Virus record (IMG/VR): IMGVR_UViG_3300038393_000804
Location: 19,598-83,597 of that record
Reading direction: 5' to 3' (one strand)
Length of the DNA stretch: 64,000 nucleotides
From: a virus
Lineage: Duplodnaviria; Heunggongvirae; Uroviricota; Caudoviricetes
Positions 1-9,900 of the stretch are shown here, piece after piece. The position numbers and the translations under genes were made by a program. Each line of letters starts with the position of its first letter. Within the stretch, counting starts at the first letter, position 1. The notes beneath the pieces are model-generated. The model saw only the letters and a program-made list of their open reading frames with translations, was not told the DNA's origin and made no database searches.

Positions 1-3000
1 TTCTGCTTCGATGTGAGCAGCTGTTAAAGCTCCAATTTGTGCCGCGTCGATTGTAGCTGTCGTAATGTCAGCATTGATAGCCGCGATTGCATTGGTAGTC
101 ATTCTTGCTGCGGCGATGTCACCTGTTGTAATCTTAGTTGCATCAAGGACGCCAATCTTACCTTGGTCAATAACCGCAGTTGTTGCATTCAAGTTGATAG
201 CTTCAACGACAGCGCCTTTGATATGGTCTGCTGTTAGTGTTCCAATCTTTGCGTTATTAATAACCGCATTTGTACCATTGATGGTTTCGATGGAAGCATT
301 AATTGCAGAGATTACTTTCGCCTGCATGTGGTCAGCACTTAGCGTACCGATAACAGCAGAGTTAATCTGTGCAGAACCAGCTGTCATATTCTGAGTGTAA
401 GTATTGATAGCAGATACAACATTCGCTGTCATACGAGCTGCGTCAATATCTCCAGCCACAATCTTGCTTGCATTCAAATCTTGAATCTTAGCAGAATTGA
501 TTTGAGCTGTTTGCACATCAGCGTTAATCGCTGATACAACATTCGCTGTTAATAATCCAGCCGCGATACTTCCTGTTGTAATCTTAGAAGCGTCTAGATT
601 TCCGATAACAGCTTGGCTGATTTTCGCACTCTCTAATGTACCGTTGATAGCAGAGATGACGTTTGCTTTCATATTGTCTACGGATAGAGCGCCAATCTTA
701 GCCGCACCAATCGTAGCATTTTCCACGCTGGCATTAATCGCTTTGATTACTTCTGCCTCAATGTTCTCTGCTTTTAGTGAACCAATTTTAGCGGCACCGA
801 TAGTTGCAGTTGTTAAATCAGCGTTAATCGCTTGGATAACATTCGTTGTCATTAGGTTAGCAGCGATACTACCAGTCGTAATCTTTGATGCATCCAAGTT
901 CGGGATGATGGCCTTATCAATCTGTGCTAGCCCAATGTTTGCGTTCACAGCCGCAATGACATTCGTTGACATCTTATCGGCGCTCAATGTTCCAATCATA
1001 GCAGAGTTGATGGTCGCATTCTCTACAGAAGCGTTAACCGCTTGGATTACTGCCGCCTTCAGGTTATCTACCTCAAGAGCACCAATCTTAGCTGCGTTGA
1101 TAGTAGCTGTTCCCACGTAAGCATTTACAGCGTCGATAGCTGCTGCTTTCATGTTTCCAACTGTCAATGAGCCAATCTTCGCCGCATCAATCGTAGCACT
1201 TGTTAAGTTGGCATTGATGGCTGCAATCGCATTTGCTTTTAATCTATCAGAAGTGATGTCCCCAGTTACAATCTTAGCCGCATCCAAGTCAGCAATCTTC
1301 GCAGAACCAATAACTGCCGTTTGGGTTGTTGTGTTAATCGCATCAATGACAGTCGCCTTAATATGGGTTGCATCTAATTGCGGGATAACCGCTTTATCAA
1401 TCGTTGCTAAACCAATGTTGGCATTGATAGCAGTGATGATGTTCGTTGCCATATTATCAGCATCAAGTGTGCCAATCTTACCACTGTTAATCGTGATGTT
1501 CTCAACAGAAGCATTGATAGCATTGATGACGCTTGCCTTAATGTGGTCTGAATCCAACTCAGGGATAATTGCCTGGTCGATATGAGCCGTACCGATATTT
1601 GCATTAATCGCCGCGATTACAGAAGCTGAAATCTTATCAGCCGTTAATGCACCGATTTGAGCTGAGTCAATGGTTGCACTTGTTAGGTCAGCGTTGATAG
1701 CTGCGATAGCATTGGTTGTCATTCTAGCCGCCGCAATATCACCAGTGGTAATCTTTGTAGCGTCCAAGTTTCCAATCTTAGCCTGACCGATAACAGCTGT
1801 TTGCGTTGTTGTATTGATAGCGTCAATAACAACCGCTTTGATGTGGTCTGCATCAAGAGCCGCAATCTTCGCTGCATTGATGGTTGCCGTTTCAAGAGAA
1901 GCATTCACTGCTTTGATGATATTGGCACTCATGTTTGCTACATCTAGTGTTCCGACTTTTGCCGCATTGATAGTAGCAGTACCAGTGTATAGGTTGACAG
2001 CATCTACTACAGCTGCTTTCAAGTTGTCAGTTGTCAAAGAACCGATTTGTGCGGCATCAATTGTTGCTGATGTGATATCCGCGTTTATAGCTGCAATCGC
2101 ATTGGCAGTCATACGCTGAGCTGCAATGTCCCCAGAAGTAATCTTCGTCGCACTCAAGTTGCCGATGTTGGCTTCATTAATAACAGCCCGTCCAGTAACT
2201 TGGGTATTGATAGCGTCAATAACGCTAGCGGAAATATGTCCTGCATCCAACTGAGGGATAACCGCTTGGTTGATGTACGCTGTACCAATATTTGCATTGA
2301 TTGCATCAATAACACTTGATTGAATATGAGCCGCATCCAGGTTTGGAATAACTGCACTATCAATCGTTGCTGTTGTAATCTTTGCGTTGATTGCCTCAAT
2401 CACACTAGCTTTAATATGGTCTGCATCCAGTTGAGGGATAACAGCCTTATCAATGTAAGCTGTTCCGATGTTGGCATTAATTGCTTCAATTACAGAAGAC
2501 TTAATATGGTCAGCATCTAGTACACCGATTCTTGCATTATTGATAACCGCACCTTCGATAGATGCATTCACGGCGTTGATGACAGATGAAGTTAAGACAG
2601 CCGCGTCAATAGAGCCGCCGACAATCTTGTCTGCATTCAAGGTATTGATAACACCTTCATCAATATGCGCCACGCCTACATTTGCATTGATGGCTTCGAT
2701 TACATTTGTGCTAATCTTATCAGCAGCCAAGACACCAATCTTTGCAGAGTCGATAGTCGCATTCTCGATACTTGCATTAATTGCTTGGACAACAGCCGCT
2801 TTTAAGTTATCTACACTTAGCGTACCAATTTTAGCCGAATTAATCGTAGCTGTCTCGATACTAGCATTGATTGCTTTTACAACTTCCGCTTGAATGTTTT
2901 CAGCTTTCAAGGAACCAATCTTTGCAGAACCGATAGTAGCAGTTGAAAGGTCAGCATTGATAGCCGCTACAACATTTGTCTTAATACGGTCAGCAGCAAT

Positions 3001-5460
3001 ATCGCCAGCTGTAATCTTATTCGCATCCAAATTGCCAATGCGAGCTTGGTCAATCTGAGCAACAGTAGCTTTTAAGTTAATCGCTTCTACTACGCTGGAA
3101 GCAATGTGGTCAGCATCCAGATGAGGAATAACCGCCTGGTCGATTGTTGCAGTTGAAATCTTTGCATTGATTGCCTGAATGATATTAGCTGACATAACAT
3201 CAGCATTCAGCGTTCCAATCTTGGCAGAATCAATTTTCGCTTCTCCGATACTAGCATTGATAGCAGAGATAACGGATGCCGTGATGTGGTCTGAACTTAA
3301 TTCAGGGATAACGGCTTGGTCAATTTTTGCTGTTCCAATGTTTGCATTAATCGCAGAGATAACAGAAGCTTGAATCTTGTCTGCTGTCAAAGCGCCAATC
3401 TGAGCTGAGTCAATGGTTGCACTAGAGATGTCGGCGTTAATAGCAGCAATGGCATTTGTTGTCATGCGTTCAGCCGCAATGTCGCCAGCATTAATCTTAC
3501 CTGCATTCAATGAATGGATTAGCGCTTCATCCAACGTTCCTGTTTGGGCATGGAAGTTAACAGCATCCAATACATTGGCTTTCATATTATCAACAGATAA
3601 TGTACCAATTTTAGCAGAGCCGATTGTTGCATTCTCAAGACTTGCATTGATGGCTTGAATAACAGAAGTTGTTAGGTTGTCTACGCCTAATTGCCCAATC
3701 TGAGCTGCATCAATTGTAGCTGTTTCAATGGAAGCATTGATGGCTTTAATTACTTCAGATTGAATATGTGCCGCATCCAAATTAGGAATAACAGCCTTGT
3801 CGATTGTCGCTGTGCCAATGTTGGCATTAACAGCATCTATGACGGAACCAGAGATTCTGTCTGCGCTAATTGTACCAGTAGTAATCTTGTCAGCAGAAAG
3901 GTTTCCAATTTTACCTTCACCGATTACGGCTACACCCGTGTAAGAGTTGATGGCTTCAACAACCGTAGCTTTCATGTTGTCTACACCTAGCTGTCCAACA
4001 ATCGCATTGTCGATAGTTGCTGAGCCAATGTTAGCATTGATTGCTTCGATAACTGCCGCACTAATATGGTCAGCATCTAAGGCAGAGATATGAGCATTGT
4101 CAATCTTCGCAGTACCAGCATATAGATTAATAGCATCTACGATATTTGCCTTCATATTGTCAACGCTTAGAGTACCAATCTTTGCAGCATTAATGGTCGC
4201 ATTTTCGATAGAAGCGTTCACTGCAGCGATAACCGAGGCTTGCATATTGCCTACTTCTAAAGAACCAATCTTGGCAGCGCCAATTGTAGCTGTATCCAGT
4301 GAAGCATTGATGGCGGAGATAACACCAGCTTTGATTCGGTCTGCATTCAAGTCGCCAGTAGTAATCTTAGTTGCATCTAAATTACCAATCTTCGCTTGGT
4401 CAATAGAAGCTGTTTCAAGTGAAGCATTTACTGCCGCAATAACAGACGCCTTCATATTATCTACGCTTAGCGTTCCAATCTTAGCATTGCCAATTGTGGC
4501 ATTCTCAGAAGACAAGTTAATGGCTTCGATTACTGCGCCCTTGATGTGTTGAGCATCTAAGTCTCCGATAGAAGCAATATCAATCTTTGCACTATCAGCT
4601 ACCATGTTCTGAGCATAAGCATTAATGGCATTAACGATATTGGCTTGTAATCTATCGGTAGAGATGTCGCCTGCCGTAATCTTATCAGCGCTTAGGTCAC
4701 CAATCTTTGCTTGGTCAATTGTAGCGGTTTGAGTTGTAAGGTTGATTGCATCAATGATACTTGCTTTTAGGCGGTCTGCGTCAATGGTTCCAGCAGTAAT
4801 TTTCGTTGCATCTAGGTTGCCGATTTGAGCCTGGTCAATAACAGCATTTTCGATAGAAGCGTTAATCGCAGAGATAACACTTGCTTTGATGTTATCTACA
4901 TCTAGAGAGCCAATCTTAGCAGCCTTGATGGTTGCCGTATCAGCATTCATGTTGATGGCATCAATAACAGCCGCTTCGATATGTCCTGCAGACAATGCAC
5001 CAATCGTAGCCGTATTAATCGTAGCGTCGCCTACTTGCATGTTCTGTGCATACAAGTTAATCGCGTTAATAACGTCCGCCTTGATGCGGTCAGCCTTGAT
5101 GTTACCAGCTGTGATGTTATCCGCATTTAAGTTTTGAATGTAACCCTGTTTAGCAGACAAGTTAATCGCGTCGATTACTCCAGCAGTAATACGTTCAGCA
5201 TCAATATCTCCTGCCGTGATTTTGTCAGCAGACAGGTCACCGATAACTGCTTGGTCAATAACTGCAGAGCCAATCGTTGCATTCTGAGCATATAGGTTTA
5301 ATGCATCTACAACAGAAGCAGTGATGCGCTCGGCATCAATCGTTCCAGCTGTAATCTTGCTTGCATGTAAATCCCCAATATATGCTTCGTCGATTCTAGC
5401 TGTTCCGATATAAGCATTAATGGCCTCAATAACATTTGCCTTTAATACATCTGTTGGGAT
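1..5460 (-). repeat. Protein-level tandem repeat array: modules of 30/35/40/45 aa built on a 5-residue period, consensus roughly AxVIxAINAxIxxAxIxxAxIGxLxAxxI
   Basis: The first translated modules measure 40, 45, 35, 35, 30, 40, 40, 35 and 30 aa. Nucleotide copies are diverged, with no perfect long DNA repeat seen. Confidence 0.9.
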
Positions 5461-6777
5461 ATTACCATTTATATCTCCATAGTCGAATGTAGATATTCTA
5501 CTAATGTCGATGGTGTCACCTGTGCTAGTATTGATAGAATCAATTAGGCGTTGCCCGTCATAATTCTTAATCTTCTTATCTTCTACCGTACCATCCTGTA
5601 GTAAAGTACCAGCAATCGTATTCTCAATGATTTGCAGTAAATCAAATGGAATATACATGCCCTCATACTTATAGGTATGGTCGGAGTTATTCATAATGAT
5701 TTTACCGAAAGCTGTTTCACGACTAAAAGTATTTGTTGCAGTATCTATATCTATGATTGGTCTATTCATATACCAGTTGCCAGCGATAGGCATCCAGTTA
5801 TAGAAACGAACTTCATTGTTTAACTTTGCGTAGCCTTCTGTTACTGGATAGAAAGCATCTACAGATGTTAATAAGGCTCCAGTATGTGCCCAGTTATAAT
5901 ATGTTTGTGCAAGTTCTGGGTCTGTATTAGAAGCAATATAAGGAGTGGCAAATATGCGAACGCCTAAATCCCAACGATGATGGTAGATAGGAAGTATCTT
6001 CTGTGCAATCCCATAGGCATCTGTGTAAACTTCAGGAGTAGTTGTATCAATCGCAAATTGCTGATAGTGGTAAACGTCACCAGGCTCGATATGCGGAGCC
6101 ACCCAGTTAGGGTTCATGGTTTCATCATAAGCATCTGTAAGAAGCTTTTCTGCATCTCCAGACTGCATGATAGCGACCATTCCATATTGGTGAATAGAAT
6201 CTAGGATTTGGTTTTGACGGTCACGACTTACGCCGCTCTCATAACCAAAGTTATCAAGGTAGATACCGTCTGCGCCCATGTCTTTCCAAGATTGAATCTT
6301 TACTTGGATTTCAGCTACAGATAGATTAGTAGTGTTAACACCAGAATCAATGTAACCATAGACATGAATCTCGCGGTTCTTCTTGATGATGCCAATTATA
6401 TTTTCTGTAATCGCATGGCTTTCGCTTGTTGTTTCTTCAGCATTGTTACCAAATACGATATGGTCAAACTTAACAAAGTGACCAGTTGCTTGGTCAACAG
6501 TTGTAGCTCCATTAATCTTATCGACTTCACCCAAGTAAATAAGAAAAGATGGAACGCGCATTGCTGATGAGCCTTCAAGAAGACTAATACGTTCTCCCAC
6601 ACTTGTCTTGCTTCCTTGCGGATTTAATCCTAAGGTTTCCTGAATTGCACTGATAGAATCCTGTAAGGAGTTTATGTCGTCGGCCATTACGTCGTCGCCG
6701 TTAGGGTCTCCATCAAATGCTGCATCTTTCTTTACTTGAAACAAATCTAGTTTTTCAGGATACTTTGATAAGCTCAT
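1..6777 (-). CDS. Giant tail fibre or adhesin, at least 2259 aa, 3'-truncated by the window edge and absent from the ORF track: N-terminal anchor, glycoside-hydrolase-like domain, long repeat shaft
   Basis: ATG at 6777 preceded by AGGAGGTGGGAAAA. Manual translation gives MSLSKYPEKLDLFQVKK...GADGIYLDNFGY...ANVIEAINAYIGTARIDEAYIGDLHASKITAGTIDAERIT... The same frame still reads repeat-like (ALTAAHIEAE) at positions 1-30, and the plus-strand shadow ORFs keep one constant frame across 65-5137. The middle was spot-checked, not fully translated. Confidence 0.9.
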   Translation of the reverse strand, partial: MSLSKYPEKLDLFQVKKDAAFDGDPNGDDVMADDINSLQDSISAIQETLGLNPQGSKTSVGERISLLEGSSAMRVPSFLIYLGEVDKINGATTVDQATGHFVKFDHIVFGNNAEETTSESHAITENIIGIIKKNREIHVYGYIDSGVNTTNLSVAEIQVKIQSWKDMGADGIYLDNFGYESGVSRDRQNQILDSIHQYGMVAIMQSGDAEKLLTDAYDETMNPNWVAPHIEPGDVYHYQQFAIDTTTPEVYTDAYGIAQKILPIYHHRWDLGVRIFATPYIASNTDPELAQTYYNWAHTGALLTSVDAFYPVTEGYAKLNNEVRFYNWMPIAGNWYMNRPIIDIDTATNTFSRETAFGKIIMNNSDHTYKYEGMYIPFDLLQIIENTIAGTLLQDGTVEDKKIKNYDGQRLIDSINTSTGDTIDISRISTFDYGDINGNIPTDVLKANVIEAINAYIGTARIDEAYIGDLHASKITAGTIDAERITASVVDALNLYAQNATIGSAVIDQAVIGDLSADKITAGDIDAERITAGVIDAINLSAKQGYIQNLNADNITAGNIKADRIKADVINAINLYAQNMQVGDATINTATIGALSAGHIEAAVIDAINMNADTATIKAAKIGSLDVDNIKASVISAINASIENAVIDQAQIGNLDATKITAGTIDADRLKASIIDAINLTTQTATIDQAKIGDLSADKITAGDISTDRLQANIVNAINAYAQNMVADSAKIDIASIGDLDAQHIKGAVIEAINLSSENATIGNAKIGTLSVDNMKASVIAAVNASLETASIDQAKIGNLDATKITTGDLNADRIKAGVISAINASLDTATIGAAKIGSLEVGNMQASVIAAVNASIENATINAAKIGTLSVDNMKANIVDAINLYAGTAKIDNAHISALDADHISAAVIEAINANIGSATIDNAIVGQLGVDNMKATVVEAINSYTGVAVIGEGKIGNLSADKITTGTISADRISGSVIDAVNANIGTATIDKAVIPNLDAAHIQSEVIKAINASIETATIDAAQIGQLGVDNLTTSVIQAINASLENATIGSAKIGTLSVDNMKANVLDAVNFHAQTGTLDEALIHSLNAGKINAGDIAAERMTTNAIAAINADISSATIDSAQIGALTADKIQASVISAINANIGTAKIDQAVIPELSSDHITASVISAINASIGEAKIDSAKIGTLNADVMSANIIQAINAKISTATIDQAVIPHLDADHIASSVVEAINLKATVAQIDQARIGNLDANKITAGDIAADRIKTNVVAAINADLSTATIGSAKIGSLKAENIQAEVVKAINASIETATINSAKIGTLSVDNLKAAVVQAINASIENATIDSAKIGVLAADKISTNVIEAINANVGVAHIDEGVINTLNADKIVGGSIDAAVLTSSVINAVNASIEGAVINNARIGVLDADHIKSSVIEAINANIGTAYIDKAVIPQLDADHIKASVIEAINAKITTATIDSAVIPNLDAAHIQSSVIDAINANIGTAYINQAVIPQLDAGHISASVIDAINTQVTGRAVINEANIGNLSATKITSGDIAAQRMTANAIAAINADITSATIDAAQIGSLTTDNLKAAVVDAVNLYTGTATINAAKVGTLDVANMSANIIKAVNASLETATINAAKIAALDADHIKAVVIDAINTTTQTAVIGQAKIGNLDATKITTGDIAAARMTTNAIAAINADLTSATIDSAQIGALTADKISASVIAAINANIGTAHIDQAIIPELDSDHIKASVINAINASVENITINSGKIGTLDADNMATNIITAINANIGLATIDKAVIPQLDATHIKATVIDAINTTTQTAVIGSAKIADLDAAKIVTGDITSDRLKANAIAAINANLTSATIDAAKIGSLTVGNMKAAAIDAVNAYVGTATINAAKIGALEVDNLKAAVIQAVNASVENATINSAMIGTLSADKMSTNVIAAVNANIGLAQIDKAIIPNLDASKITTGSIAANLMTTNVIQAINADLTTATIGAAKIGSLKAENIEAEVIKAINASVENATIGAAKIGALSVDNMKANVISAINGTLESAKISQAVIGNLDASKITTGSIAAGLLTANVVSAINADVQTAQINSAKIQDLNASKIVAGDIDAARMTANVVSAINTYTQNMTAGSAQINSAVIGTLSADHMQAKVISAINASIETINGTNAVINNAKIGTLTADHIKGAVVEAINLNATTAVIDQGKIGVLDATKITTGDIAAARMTTNAIAAINADITTATIDAAQIGALTAAHIEAE

Positions 6778-6792
6778 TTTCCCACCTCCTTA

Positions 6793-6978
6793 TTACTTCT
6801 GTTTCTTTACGATTCCATTTCTGCCATCGAACGGAACCCATTTTCTTTTCTCTTCATCGTAATACTGGATTTCAAAGTATTCGATATCCGCTGATTCTAA
6901 ATAAGACCAGGACAACTCCGTAGAGTTTGTCCCAGCGTTATAGACCTGCGTGATACCTAATGGAATGTTTTTATCCAT
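6793..6978 (-). CDS. Small protein (61 aa) resembling a partial fibronectin type III strand pattern; possible fibre or baseplate accessory
   Basis: SD TAAGGAG upstream; fills the gap between two large genes; LSWSY...YFEIQY resembles Fn3 strands. Confidence 0.6.
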   Translation of the reverse strand: MDKNIPLGITQVYNAGTNSTELSWSYLESADIEYFEIQYYDEEKRKWVPFDGRNGIVKKQK

Positions 6979-6991
6979 AGGTTACAGCTCC

Positions 6992-9900
6992 TTATACAAA
7001 ATCTACAATAAAGTAAATACCATACGCGATGTATTTCCCTACTATAGAAGTAACCTGTTTCTCAGTGAATTGTCCACCCTCTGATTGAAGAATCTTCTTA
7101 GGAAGTTCAATTATTAGGACGCCATTCTTGTAGTACGCCTGACCATCCCATGTACCCATATCCCAGTAGTTCTTGGACAGTGGCTGAACCTTCTTAATAG
7201 TAGATTCTTTAATGGATGTTTTTAATCCGCCGCCCCGTTGACGAGTATCCATTACAACTGCATCCTGAACTCTAGTGTGTTCGCGCAGATGAATAATACC
7301 AAGAAGCATAGCGGCTGGGTTTGTCTTCTGTACATTCTGCCAATCTTCTAGGCTGTAGCAGTGACGAACACAGTCTTCATTGTAGTTTCCAAAGCTGTCT
7401 TTGTGAGGAACGATATACACATAGACTTCTTTATTCATCAGCTTGGCTGTAGGAACAGACTCCCATGATGTGAACGTTTCACCAGTGTCGCCATCCGTTC
7501 TTACAACAGGCATTGTTGAGTAATGCCCTTCAGATGGATTTAGGTCAAGACCAATAAATGTTCCGATGGAATCATCAAAGTACCCACGGTATTCCAGATA
7601 GTTTTCTGCATAGTAATAGTTCACATAGATTTCGTGCTTGAAATCAATCTCATCCTCTAAGTAGATGAAGCCGTTACGAATATCGTAATCTCTTATCTTT
7701 AAGAGTTCATCAGTTGAGTACATGTATTGCACGATTACACGGTCTGAAACATCTTCCTTAAATGTAACCGAACCAGATGAATAGTCAATAGTGTATGAAG
7801 TGACAGGGGCAATTTTTTCTTCGCTGCCATCATACGGAACTATTTTAATAACTGGAGTAGGGAATGCCAACCAGTTCTGGTGAGCAGAAGCAAATGTCTT
7901 CTTGTCTGTTGATTTCATTTGTTCGCCTGTCACAAGAATGTTGTTGTAGGTACGCTTCCATACTTGCAGGTTGTTGTAGTCATAGTCCACGAACACTGTG
8001 CCGACTGGAGCTGATTCAAAGATAACGAGTCCGTTTGTATAGTCAACGTCAAAGCCTTCTAATCTTTCTACTAAGTTACCATCCATTTGCTCGTCCACAT
8101 AAACACGAGGAATGAATGACTTATCCCATTCTGACGTAACCGTTTGTGGCTTGTAGATAAGACCTGCTGTGCCGACCTTCGACATTGGCTCTTGTCTTGA
8201 GCTTCCTGTCATGACATACAATGGATGGTTTTGAACCTTAACCGTATTGTCATTGACGTATTCAGCCATCTCTTCTCTTACTCGCTTGTATCCCATTGCT
8301 GGCTTAAATACTTGACGATTGTATTCTGGCAATGAATAGTAGTGAGTACCGAATAAGCGCTGTTGGAATTCATAGTAATAGTTGTCGTAAGCAATCAATG
8401 CTTTGATGTCATCATAGTTCAATTCTTTTTTCACGAATGAACCATTTTGTACACGCAAAAACCATGAGTCACGATTGTCGATAGTAGATGGGTAAGCAAG
8501 GCTAATCTTATTCTCTGGCTGAACCAATACACCATAGCGACGCTTTGCAGCACGGATAGTGTAGTAGTTTGTACGGGCTTGAAGAAGGATGTTCTTGTTC
8601 TCGCCGCCATAGAATAAATCCATATATCGGATAACAACATTACCATTTCTATCAAAGTAATACTTACCAGCTTTTGTGTCATGGATTTCAAGGTTCACGA
8701 ATTGGCTATCAGGGTCAATTCCATCTGGGCCGCCAAGATATACTTCGTAGTAAATATCATTCGTGTCTGCCCATTCGATACCAGCATTTAATGCAGGGAG
8801 CATAGTAGATAAAGAACCAAGATTAACCACACCATCTGAGCGACGAATAGATACGGTTCTAACAGCGGTGTTTCCGTTTAGCTTCATATAAATACCAGCG
8901 TTATTGTCCCATGCATAAACATAAGAACGAATGGTGTATGTGACATTGATGATTGGGTCATAAGTTGTAACATCAGAATCAGAGTATCCTTCTGCTTGAA
9001 GATTGAATGAATCTCCACGCGGCGTTACAGCAAATGCATAGAGAGCACTTGAGCCATCATTAGCAGGAGTCATGTAGATACTTCCTACGCTAACAACGGT
9101 CAGCATGTCAACCGTTACAACGCCTTCTCCATTTCCATCAACAAAACCGACGCGAAGGTCAACTTGCTTAGCTGTTGAAAGAGAGAAGTTGCAGTCCACT
9201 CTCACCCAGTCACGAGTACCAATAACGGGAGCACTCTTCGCAATAACAGTACCGCTTGTATCGTAAGCTGCTACCATTGCACCCTGAGTTGTTTTTCCTG
9301 CTACGCTTTCTACCTTTATCCACGCTGTTGCCATATAAGAACCTGGCAATAATGTTCCTGTTCTGTTATTCCAGTAAGCCTGAGCACCAATGCCGCCAGT
9401 TGGAACATCCACTTGAACAGCTTTTGCTCCACGCTGAGAAGTGCTAGTTACATGTCTGAACGTAGGCGTCTGTCCTGCTAGGAACTTCGTATCCCACCCA
9501 GGGATAGCATTCGCTGTCGTAGCTGTCCAGCTTGTGATAGCTGACCTTGTATTTGGATTATAGCTACCAGCTTCCATGCTTCCGTTGTTAATTGGAACAT
9601 CGGTATTGGATTGAACTTCTACTTCATAAGCTCCACTAGCTGCAAAGAACTCTGCTGGGAGATAAGGAAGTAAAGCAGATTTTGTTGTTCCCTTTAGGAT
9701 TTTCTTTGCCACGATTTGTGTCTGGTCATAATCATTACGTTCATCAACATAAACGGTTGAGCCGCCAACACCAGAGTATTCTTGCTTAAACAAGTTATCA
9801 CGATGGTAAACATAATCCTGTTGCCATGGGCCGTAAATCCATCTGTTCTCTGCCATGTAAAGAATAAGGTTAATTGCAAACTGAACAGCCGTATCATCAT

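Noticed and set aside
37-5137. Many plus-strand ORFs of 60-158 aa with repetitive hydrophobic sequences
   Set aside because: Antisense shadows of the repetitive minus-strand fibre gene; the longer ones share one frame and have no SD.
1-5460. Possible CRISPR array or DNA tandem repeat
   Set aside because: No identical direct repeats with unique spacers; periodicity exists at the protein level with synonymous divergence.
1-6777. Diversity-generating retroelement target or template
   Set aside because: No reverse transcriptase and no adenine-specific repeat pair in the window; the fibre C-terminus lies outside the window, so this cannot be excluded genome-wide.
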